64,000 bases of DNA, taken from assembly GCA_913043225.1 (NCBI GenBank), contig CAJWLU010000006.1, positions 96,001 through 160,000 on the forward strand, given 5' to 3'. This document shows, in pieces, positions 56,280 through 64,000 of this stretch; positions within the stretch are counted from its first letter, which is position 1; every line of letters begins with the position of its first letter. The position numbers were made by a program, and so were the translations under genes. The DNA is from an uncultured Acidobacteriota bacterium. Its GTDB lineage: Bacteria; Acidobacteriota; Vicinamibacteria; Vicinamibacterales; UBA8438. The notes beneath the pieces are model-generated. The model was not told where the DNA came from. It saw only the letters and a list, made by a program, of their open reading frames with translations, and made no database searches.

Positions 56280-58049
56280 GTGGGTAACGCTGCGTACGGT
56301 CGTATCGCCGTCGGCCTGTGCACGTTGTGTGTCTGGCTCTGCTCGGCCTCGGCGCGCGCGCAGTCTGCTGTACCTGCGGCTGGTACACCGCTCTCTTACC
56401 GGCAGGAACCGGCGATCCTGTTCGCGAGCCAGACAGACCATATCGAAGTCTCGGTCGAGGTCCTGGGAGACATCGCCGCGGTGACGTTCCGTCGGAACGT
56501 TCCGACTCTCTCCGGTGGGTTTACGACCGAGCGGTGGGCGCGTCAGACGACCCGCTCCATCGACGGACGTCTTGTCAGCGTGTTCGGCGCCAGTTACGAG
56601 TCCGAGATTCTAGCGGACCTAATGGTTTATCCGCACGGGAATGACTTTCCCCAAGTGCCCTTGGGACGGCTGGTCGTACCGGGACGGGAGGACGAACCTT
56701 CGATCGTCTGGCTTCGCGTCGCGCCCTCGAATTTGCCCGAATCGCCGGTGCGCAGGCTGGGTCCTGAGGTGCAGTATGCGAGCCACGTCGTCAACCTTGT
56801 AGTGCCAGGATTCGGCGACACTCGGGTGCTTGAGGGCCTGGAAACCTTTGCCGTTGAGCACGCCGCGGCCGTCTTCTACCAGCACTTCTCGGACGCCTAC
56901 GAAACGCTAGCGTTCGTGCCAGTGGTGTCGCCATTCTTGGAGGAAGATGGACTCCATGTGAATGTCTGGAACGACATCACTGGCATCGGCATGGGCCAGT
57001 TCGATCGCAGGGCCGACTTCGGCAGCGGGCTACTAAGGTCCATTCAAGTCTATCCCTCCGGATTCTTCGGGCACCAGGCAACCCTCCTGCATCAGCTTGG
57101 TCATCAATGGGGTGACGAATCGGTGCTGGGTCGCATAGCCGGTGTGACCCTGGCGGGGCGTGACCCTGAACGACACACCCCGTTGATAGACGGCGGAGCA
57201 ACGTTGCTGGGCGCCGTGTTGCCCGGGACCCGCGCCGTCGAGTTTCTTGGTGGTATACCGCAGATCGTCCGAGCCGATGGGCCGTTGAGCTATCACCCGC
57301 TGCAGCAGTACCGAATGGGACTGCTAGAGGTCGATGCCGTGCCGGACGTTCGCGTGTTCGCTGAACAATCGCAGTTTGGCGAGAATGTCTCAGCGCCGGC
57401 GGTGGGTACTGCGGTGAAAGGGAGTTGGCAGACCGTCGGGGCGAACGACCTGTTGGCCTCGCTGGGGACACGCGACGGCCCGGTCTTCGAAAGCTGGCGG
57501 CAGGCTTTTGTCGTGGTCTCTGGCCAACTAGTCTCGCAGCGAGAGATGGACTACTTTAATTTCTACGCCCGCCGGGCCGGCACAGCCAGTGGGACACGCT
57601 CGCTAGACGGGTTCGGGTCGTTCGCAGAGGCAACAGGCGGCGCAATGAGAATTGCCACTGCAGTGCTTCCGCTAACCGACGTGCCGCAGATGCCGGTTGG
57701 AGATGCGGCTGATGTTCCTTTTGGGACAAGGGACTGGCGCGGCCTCGTCTTCGACCGGCCGTTTCCGAGCGTGCTCGACGCCGGCTCGACGGTAGCTCTA
57801 ACCGGCAGCCTCGACCAAGATACGTTGCCAGGCAGCTATCGATTCCTGATCCTACGGCTCGGCAGATACGGTGAGCCGACGTCGGACGCGCTCACCGTAC
57901 AGACCACGATAAGCGGCGGACGGTTCACCCTCCCGGTTAGCCTTGTCGGTGCACCCGCCGGAGCCTACAGGGTCGAGCTCTTCGTCTACGACGGTGCGAG
58001 AGGTCCGGCGCTCCACGCCGGGTCGTTAACCCCGCTGCGGGTACGGTAG
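56280..58049 (+). CDS. Secreted hypothetical protein with metallopeptidase-like HQLGH motif
   Basis: Signal peptide ending ARA-QS; LLHQLGHQWG; YHPLQQYRMGL. Confidence 0.7.
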   Translation: MGNAAYGRIAVGLCTLCVWLCSASARAQSAVPAAGTPLSYRQEPAILFASQTDHIEVSVEVLGDIAAVTFRRNVPTLSGGFTTERWARQTTRSIDGRLVSVFGASYESEILADLMVYPHGNDFPQVPLGRLVVPGREDEPSIVWLRVAPSNLPESPVRRLGPEVQYASHVVNLVVPGFGDTRVLEGLETFAVEHAAAVFYQHFSDAYETLAFVPVVSPFLEEDGLHVNVWNDITGIGMGQFDRRADFGSGLLRSIQVYPSGFFGHQATLLHQLGHQWGDESVLGRIAGVTLAGRDPERHTPLIDGGATLLGAVLPGTRAVEFLGGIPQIVRADGPLSYHPLQQYRMGLLEVDAVPDVRVFAEQSQFGENVSAPAVGTAVKGSWQTVGANDLLASLGTRDGPVFESWRQAFVVVSGQLVSQREMDYFNFYARRAGTASGTRSLDGFGSFAEATGGAMRIATAVLPLTDVPQMPVGDAADVPFGTRDWRGLVFDRPFPSVLDAGSTVALTGSLDQDTLPGSYRFLILRLGRYGEPTSDALTVQTTISGGRFTLPVSLVGAPAGAYRVELFVYDGARGPALHAGSLTPLRVR

Positions 58050-58054
58050 CCCTC

Positions 58055-58687
58055 GTGACCAGCCAGGTCCTGCTGAGCCTTCCTCCGGAGGCGGAGCAGA
58101 TCAGACGGGCGGCGGCGGTGGTCTCCGCCGGCGGGCTGGTTGCCTATCCGACCGACACACTTTATGCCTTGGGCGTTGACCCACGACTGGACGAGGCCGT
58201 CGCAAGCCTCTGCGCGATTAAGGAACGTGGCGTCGGAGCCGGACTTCCTTTAATCGCCGCGAGTGTGGGCCAAGTCGAACGGTGTCTGGGGCCTCTCTCG
58301 GCACTGGGACGCAAACTCGCCGCGGTCTGGTGGCCTGGACCTCTGACGCTGGTTTTCGCGCCTACGGTGCAGCTTGCCGATGCAGTTCATGCCTCCGACG
58401 GCAGCTTGGCGGTTCGCGTACCGGCGAGGATGGTGGCGCGTATGCTCGCGGCTGAAGCCGGTCACCCGTTGACCTCGACCAGCGCGAATCGCAGCGGCGC
58501 AACACCTGCGCCTGATGCCGAAACGCTGCGATCTGAACTCGGTCCAGCGGTTCAGTTCGTGCTCGAGGGTCAGAGGGCGCTTGAGGGCGTACCGTCGACG
58601 ATCGTTGATGTACGCCAAGAGGCCCCGAGGCTCCTGCGAGCGGGCTCAGTGCCATGGAAGCACGTGCTACAATCCACCCGTGTTTGA
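58055..58687 (+). CDS. tsaC: L-threonylcarbamoyladenylate synthase (TsaC/Sua5)
   Basis: AYPTDTLYALG, IKER, WPGPLTL, STSANRSG, PSTIVD. Confidence 0.93.
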   Translation: MTSQVLLSLPPEAEQIRRAAAVVSAGGLVAYPTDTLYALGVDPRLDEAVASLCAIKERGVGAGLPLIAASVGQVERCLGPLSALGRKLAAVWWPGPLTLVFAPTVQLADAVHASDGSLAVRVPARMVARMLAAEAGHPLTSTSANRSGATPAPDAETLRSELGPAVQFVLEGQRALEGVPSTIVDVRQEAPRLLRAGSVPWKHVLQSTRV

Positions 58688-60116
58688 GGGCGGCGGAGAA
58701 CCTGGCAACGGGGCGTCAGCGGACGCCGCAGGCCTCGCCCTCCCTTCATTTCAGCCAGATAGTGTCGTGCTCAGAGGCCGCCCCCTCGTCTGGCGGCACG
58801 TGCTCGCTGCGGTGTGTGCGGCGGCGGTGTTCGTTGTCGGATGTGCCGCCCGGGCGCCCGTGATCACGGCTCCCAGCTTCCCAGACTTCCCCTTTCCCAC
58901 GGTGCCGGAGCAACTGGCTGGGTCCCCGGAGGCGGGGGCGCATGAGCGTGCCTGGGCACTATTGCAAGCAGGGGATCTTGATGCCGCAATGACCGCCTTC
59001 CGGGCGGTGCTGGCGTCGACTCCGCAGTTTCATCCGGCTGACGCTGGCGTTGGTTATGTGAGTCTGGCTGCGGGCGCGGCGGATGAAGCCGTGGGCAGTT
59101 TCGACCGGGCACTCGCTCGAAACGGAGCCTACATTCCAGCCTTGCTCGGCCGGGGAGAAGCCCTCCTCGCGGTGGGCCGGACCGAGGAAGCGATACAGAG
59201 TTTCGAGGAGGTGCTGGCGGCCGATCCCACGTGGACGGACTTGCGCCCCAGGGTGGCGGAACTCCGCTTCGTTTCGCTTATGGCCCAGGTGGGCGAAGCT
59301 CGGACGGCGGCGGAGGCCGGGCGTGACGCCGAAGCGCGCGCTGCGTATGAGCGGGTAATTGCGGCGTCTCCCGACAGTGGGTTTCTGTACACCGAACTGG
59401 CGGAAATTGAGCGACGGACGGGCGATCGAGCGTCGGCGTTGTCGCGGCTCGAACAAGCGGTGAGTCTCGACCCGACGGCCGTTGGCGCCTGGCTGCTAAT
59501 GGCCGATGTCCTGCTCGAAGAGGGGGCGCTGGATCAGGCCGAGAGCGCGCTGCTCCGTGCCGACGCGGTCGAACCAGGGCCCGAGGTAGATCGTCGGCTC
59601 GCAACGGTCGAAGAGCGCCGACGGCTGGAATCATTGCCGGTTGAGTTCCGGGCGATTGTCGACGCGGAGCAGTTGTCCCGGGGGGAACTGGCGGCCTTGA
59701 TCGGTGAGCGCTTCCGAGTCGAGCTTGAGGCGGCTGGCACCGGTCCCACGGCAATCATTACCGATGCCCGCGATCACTGGGCTTACGGATGGGTAATTTC
59801 GGTGGTCCAGGCACGGGTCATGGAGGCGGACACGAACTACCGTTTCCTGCCGGCGCAGCCGGTGAGCCGTGCGGTCCTGGCGGACGTCATCATGCGGCTC
59901 CTATCGCTCACCGAGACTGCCAGCGGCAACGTTCCGCCCCGCGCTAGCTTTTCGGATTTGGCCCCAGACCATTTGAGCTACCCCGCGGCGGCAGGCGCTG
60001 TGGCGGCAGGCGTGCTCGAGCCATTGGCGCGGAACAGCTTCCAACCCGCAAGGACCGTGAGCGGCGCAGAAGCGATCCAGGCGTTGAGTCGCCTGACCGC
60101 CATACTCGACAACTGA
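58680..60116 (+). CDS. TPR lipoprotein with C-terminal SLH-like domains (start uncertain)
   Basis: VVGC lipobox, multiple TPRs, TDARDHWA..F.P..VSRA and FSDLAPDH..FQP..VSGAEA. Confidence 0.75.
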   Translation: MFEGGGEPGNGASADAAGLALPSFQPDSVVLRGRPLVWRHVLAAVCAAAVFVVGCAARAPVITAPSFPDFPFPTVPEQLAGSPEAGAHERAWALLQAGDLDAAMTAFRAVLASTPQFHPADAGVGYVSLAAGAADEAVGSFDRALARNGAYIPALLGRGEALLAVGRTEEAIQSFEEVLAADPTWTDLRPRVAELRFVSLMAQVGEARTAAEAGRDAEARAAYERVIAASPDSGFLYTELAEIERRTGDRASALSRLEQAVSLDPTAVGAWLLMADVLLEEGALDQAESALLRADAVEPGPEVDRRLATVEERRRLESLPVEFRAIVDAEQLSRGELAALIGERFRVELEAAGTGPTAIITDARDHWAYGWVISVVQARVMEADTNYRFLPAQPVSRAVLADVIMRLLSLTETASGNVPPRASFSDLAPDHLSYPAAAGAVAAGVLEPLARNSFQPARTVSGAEAIQALSRLTAILDN

Positions 60117-60125
60117 ACCTCTAAG

Positions 60126-60683
60126 ATGTCGGCCCTCACCGTCGCCAATCAGCTCACGCTCCTACGGATGCTGCTGATTCCGGCCCTGGTCATTTTGGTG
60201 CTGTACGGAATCAATGGCTGGGCACTAGTGGTATTCGTGATCGCGGGGATCACCGACGGGCTCGATGGGATGCTTGCTCGCTGGTGGGGGCAACGGACTA
60301 GCCTTGGGGCACTGCTGGATCCCATGGCGGACAAGCTGCTGGTATTGTCCACCTTTATAGTGCTCAGCCTGCCGGAACTTGACCTGCCAAACCAGTTTCC
60401 GGTCTGGCTGACCGTGTTGGTGATCAGCCGAGACGTCATCATCGTGGCCACGGCGGCCATCGTGCACTTCTCGGTCGGGCGCCGGACGTTCACTCCGACG
60501 CTTCTCGGAAAGGCGGCAACGCTCGTGCATATCCTTAGCGCGACAATCGCTCTTTTCCTGAACTGGCGGGGACACACGTCGGTAGTCTTCGACATCGCGA
60601 TCTACGCGACGTTGACGGTCACCCTTGTGTCTGGGCTGCACTACATCGCTCACGCGACACGTACGCTGGGGGAAGCGGGCTGA
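60126..60683 (+). CDS. CDP-alcohol phosphatidyltransferase
   Basis: NQLTLLR, TDGLDGMLAR..Q.T.LG.LLDPMADK. Confidence 0.92.
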   Translation: MSALTVANQLTLLRMLLIPALVILVLYGINGWALVVFVIAGITDGLDGMLARWWGQRTSLGALLDPMADKLLVLSTFIVLSLPELDLPNQFPVWLTVLVISRDVIIVATAAIVHFSVGRRTFTPTLLGKAATLVHILSATIALFLNWRGHTSVVFDIAIYATLTVTLVSGLHYIAHATRTLGEAG

Positions 60684-60724
60684 CGGGGAATCATTCAGTC
60701 GGATCGTCAGCGTGACGGGGAACA

Positions 60725-61666
60725 TCAAGCCGAGAACAGCTTCGTGCGGAAGTAGTTGATCGTGTGGAGCAGCCCGTCGCTTAACGGGACCACTGGGCTC
60801 CAGCCGAGCACCGCTTGGGCGCGGGCAATGTCCGGCTGCCGCACCTTGGGATCGTCTTCCGGGAGATCGCGATGGACGATTCGGCTGGAAGAGCCGGTGA
60901 GGTGGAGAATCTCCTGGGCGATCTCCGAGATGGTCATCTCTTCCGGATTTCCGATATTAATCGGGTCGTTGGTATCTGACTCCATCAGGCCAATGATGCC
61001 TGCGACCAGGTCGCTGATGTAGCAGAAGCTTCGCGTCTGGCTGCCATCACCGTAGACCGTCAGCTCTTCACCGCGGAGCGCCTGGGCAATGAAGTTCGGC
61101 ACAGCTCGGCCATCCCGGACACGCATGCGTGGTCCGTAGGTGTTGAAGATTCGAACGATCTTAGTGTTCAGTCCGTGGTATCGGTGGTACGCGGTAGTCA
61201 TGGCCTCCGCGAACCGCTTCGCCTCGTCATACACGCCGCGGGGACCGATCGGGTTCACGTTGCCCCAGTAGCTCTCCTTCTGCGGATGCTCCAGGGGGTC
61301 GCCGTAGACCTCAGAGGTCGACGCGAGGACGAACGTGGCACCCTTGGCCTTAGCGAGACCCAGCGCCTTGTGGGTGCCTAGTGCACCCACCTTAAGGGTA
61401 GGGATCGGCAGTTCAAGATAGTCGATCGGGCTCGCCGGGCTGGCCCAGTGAAGCACGTAGTCGACAGGACCATTCAGATAGATATAGTTGGTGACGTCGT
61501 GCTCGATGAAATGAAAGTCACGGTTCGCGAGATGGGCGAGATTGGCAACGTCGCCGGTAAGCAGGTTGTCGATCCCGACCACGGAGTAACCTCGCTTTAG
61601 GAGCGTTTCGGCCAAGTGTGAGCCGATGAAACCGGCGGCTCCGGTGATGACGATGCGTGCGCTCAT
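60725..61666 (-). CDS. UDP-glucuronate decarboxylase (UXS-like SDR)
   Basis: [36 protein letters not shown]. Confidence 0.92.
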   Translation of the reverse strand: MSARIVITGAAGFIGSHLAETLLKRGYSVVGIDNLLTGDVANLAHLANRDFHFIEHDVTNYIYLNGPVDYVLHWASPASPIDYLELPIPTLKVGALGTHKALGLAKAKGATFVLASTSEVYGDPLEHPQKESYWGNVNPIGPRGVYDEAKRFAEAMTTAYHRYHGLNTKIVRIFNTYGPRMRVRDGRAVPNFIAQALRGEELTVYGDGSQTRSFCYISDLVAGIIGLMESDTNDPINIGNPEEMTISEIAQEILHLTGSSSRIVHRDLPEDDPKVRQPDIARAQAVLGWSPVVPLSDGLLHTINYFRTKLFSA

Positions 61667-61702
61667 GGCGAAAGAGAGAGGGTGCCGGCGGAGAGGCAGG
61701 CG

Positions 61703-63139
61703 TCAGTAAGCGTGCCGGTGGAAGAAGAGGCGAAGCACGGTTAGCCAGAGGATCTTGAAGTCCAGGCCCACGGACCAGTGCTCAATGTAATAGAGATCGT
61801 ATTCGATCCGCTTTTCGATGGATGTATCGCCACGCCAGCCATTAACCTGCGCCCAGCCGGTTATGCCGGATTTCACCTTATGGCGAAGCATGTACTGCGG
61901 GACTCGTTCCTTGAACTTTTCGACGAAGAACGGACGCTCCGGACGGGGTCCCACTAGTGACATGTCTCCACGGAGAACGTTCCATAGCTGTGGTAACTCG
62001 TCAAGGCTGAATCGCCGGAGCACGCGGCCAACCGAGGTGCGGCGAGGATCGTCTTTTCTGGTCCAGACCGGCCCGGTGTCGCGCTCCGCGTCTTCGAGCA
62101 TTGACCGAAACTTATAGACACTGAACGAGCGTCCGTCGAGACCCATGCGCTCCTGACGATAGAACACCGGGCCGGTCGAGGTGGCCTTGATGAGGGTGGC
62201 GATCAGTGCGAATGGGCCGGCCAGTCCGACCAGGGCGACGGCGGCAATACCCATGTCCATGACGCGTTTGACGACGCTGTTGAGGCCCTGGAGGGGGACG
62301 TCGTTGATGTTAATGATGGGAACCCCGTCGAGGTCCTCGAGCCGGGCGCGCAGGGCGATAACCTGAAGCAGATCCGGCACCACCTTCACTTCGGTAACCT
62401 CTCGGTTTGCGGTCTCGATCAGCTCGAGCATCTTGGCGTGCTCATCGAGCGGGAGCGCGATGTAGAGCTGGTCGACGTGTTCCCGCTGGAGAATATCGCC
62501 GACTTCCGACAAGGTGCCCAGCAGCGGGAGACCTCGGTAGCCGAGGTGGTCACCGCCTGCGCGGTCGTCGACGAACCCGATCACACGATAGCCGAGTTCG
62601 CCGTGCTGGAGCATCTTATCGACGACGTGGCGGGCCACGTCGCTCGTGCCGGCGATGAGAATCCGTTTAAGGCCGACGCCGCTGCGCCAGCGACTCTCGA
62701 GCACCACCCGCACGGCAGCCCGAGATGCGTAACAGCCGATGACGTTTAGTCCGAGAAATAGCCCCCAGACGAGACGAGAGACCTCATAGGCACCCTGCGC
62801 CTTAAGCTCGGGCGGGACGAGATAGGCCTGATAGGACAGGGTGCCGGTCAGACCGAGCACGACCGCGATCAAGCTGCCGACGAGAACCGCGAAGAAGTCG
62901 TCGACCCGGGAACGAACCCGCCCCAGCCGATAGGCCCCGAGCATCCAGAGGCTCAGCGGCAACAAAGCGCCAAGAAACGGCGCCAATTGGACGTACTGTG
63001 ACAGTGGGGGTTGACCCTTCGGGATGTCGATTAGGTTGGTTTCGAAGCGCAGTAAGTATGCGACCAGGAACATGCCGACGCCAGTAAGGCTGTCTAGCAC
63101 CGCCTGGTTTGCCGTCAGTTTCCGGTCTCTCCGGATCAC
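61703..63139 (-). CDS. Undecaprenyl-phosphate glucose phosphotransferase (WcaJ-like)
   Basis: KFRSM, DELPQL.NVL.GDMSLVGPRP, GITGWAQVNG.RG, DLYYIE.WS. Confidence 0.93.
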   Translation of the reverse strand: MIRRDRKLTANQAVLDSLTGVGMFLVAYLLRFETNLIDIPKGQPPLSQYVQLAPFLGALLPLSLWMLGAYRLGRVRSRVDDFFAVLVGSLIAVVLGLTGTLSYQAYLVPPELKAQGAYEVSRLVWGLFLGLNVIGCYASRAAVRVVLESRWRSGVGLKRILIAGTSDVARHVVDKMLQHGELGYRVIGFVDDRAGGDHLGYRGLPLLGTLSEVGDILQREHVDQLYIALPLDEHAKMLELIETANREVTEVKVVPDLLQVIALRARLEDLDGVPIININDVPLQGLNSVVKRVMDMGIAAVALVGLAGPFALIATLIKATSTGPVFYRQERMGLDGRSFSVYKFRSMLEDAERDTGPVWTRKDDPRRTSVGRVLRRFSLDELPQLWNVLRGDMSLVGPRPERPFFVEKFKERVPQYMLRHKVKSGITGWAQVNGWRGDTSIEKRIEYDLYYIEHWSVGLDFKILWLTVLRLFFHRHAY

Positions 63140-64000
63140 GCCCCGACCTCGATCGGCTGCGCCATGAGCGACGCGACTTCCCGCTGAAGGCCTTCCTGGA
63201 ACCGCGCGCGAGAGAAACGCTCGGCGTGACGTCGAATCGCAGCCGTGTCGAACCGCCGTCCGCGCACCCGGTTGATCCCATCGGCTAAGGCCTCCGCCGT
63301 CATCTCATCGGCCAGGGCGCCCGTCTCGCCGTCCACGACGGTTTCGCAGGCTCCGCCCTGGCCGAGCGCAACGACGGGCCGGCCGCAGGCCTGGGCCTCG
63401 ACCGGCACGATGCCGAAGTCCTCGATGCCCGGGAGCAGTACTGCGGTGGCGCCTTGATAGGCGGAGCGCACCTCCGCGTCCGGCAACGAGCCGAGAAACC
63501 TTACGTCTGCGCCGGCATCGCTTCGTAGCCGAGTCAGCTCCGGGCCGGTGCCGACGATACGGAGGGGCATCCCGACCGCCGCGGCTGCGGCGATCGCTAA
63601 ATCAACTCGTTTGTAGGGAACCAGCGCGGACACTACCAGGAGATACCCCTCGGGTTCGGCACCACTAGGCTGAAAATATGCGGTGTCGACAGGTGGATAC
63701 ACGACACTCGAAGTCCGATTATAGTATCGGCGGATCCTCCCAGAAACATACTGAGAAATAGCTACATAGCGGTCGACCCTGCTTGCCGTCGCGGCGTCCC
63801 AGCGAGCCAAGCGGTTGAGTTGCCAGCGAAGAAGATGGCTGGTGCCCGTCCCGACACGTTCGGGACCGAAGTAGGCGTCGAACTGATCCCAGGCATAGCG
63901 CATCGGGGTAAAGCAGTAGCAGAGATGGCGAGTTCGCCCGGGCGTGACCACCGATTTGGCCGCGCAGTGGCTGGTGCTGATGACGAGGTCCACGTCGTCG
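63136..64000 (-). CDS. GT4 glycosyltransferase (5' end outside window)
   Basis: TPMRYAWD, LVPYKRVD, EDFGIVPVEAQACGRPV. Confidence 0.9.
   Translation of the reverse strand, partial: DDVDLVISTSHCAAKSVVTPGRTRHLCYCFTPMRYAWDQFDAYFGPERVGTGTSHLLRWQLNRLARWDAATASRVDRYVAISQYVSGRIRRYYNRTSSVVYPPVDTAYFQPSGAEPEGYLLVVSALVPYKRVDLAIAAAAAVGMPLRIVGTGPELTRLRSDAGADVRFLGSLPDAEVRSAYQGATAVLLPGIEDFGIVPVEAQACGRPVVALGQGGACETVVDGETGALADEMTAEALADGINRVRGRRFDTAAIRRHAERFSRARFQEGLQREVASLMAQPIEVGA

Overview
GC-rich bacterial window; the gene content (Acidobacterial-type VWA proteins, hemE-hemY, DUF2911-like lipoprotein) suggests an Acidobacterium, probably Vicinamibacteria (inference). Bases 1-28.3 kb are an accessory block of exported catabolic and redox proteins: two carboxylesterases, five PQQ-type propellers (one fused to an amicyanin-like cupredoxin), a linalool dehydratase/isomerase-like Tat lipoprotein, a dihaem cytochrome c/beta-propeller protein, and four intact copies plus two orphan tails of an uncharacterised 'YACHEGN' protein family. 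Bases 28.35-34.4 kb are a ~6 kb islet between tRNA-Glu and an exact 22-bp copy of its 3' end. It carries a complete TTQ amine dehydrogenase cluster (mauB-E-D-A, cytochrome c, mauG) with non-canonical active-site residues. Bases 34.4-40.2 kb are a decayed variable region ending at tRNA-Lys, with three remnants of a Sel1-protein tail. Bases 40.7-64 kb are mostly core genes (hemYE, DNA methyltransferase, PBP, trxB, mnmA, cysteine desulfurase, bactofilin, DUF62, glpX, tsaC, CDP-alcohol transferase, EPS genes). All family calls and residue comparisons come from motif recognition and recalled reference sequences; no database search was run.
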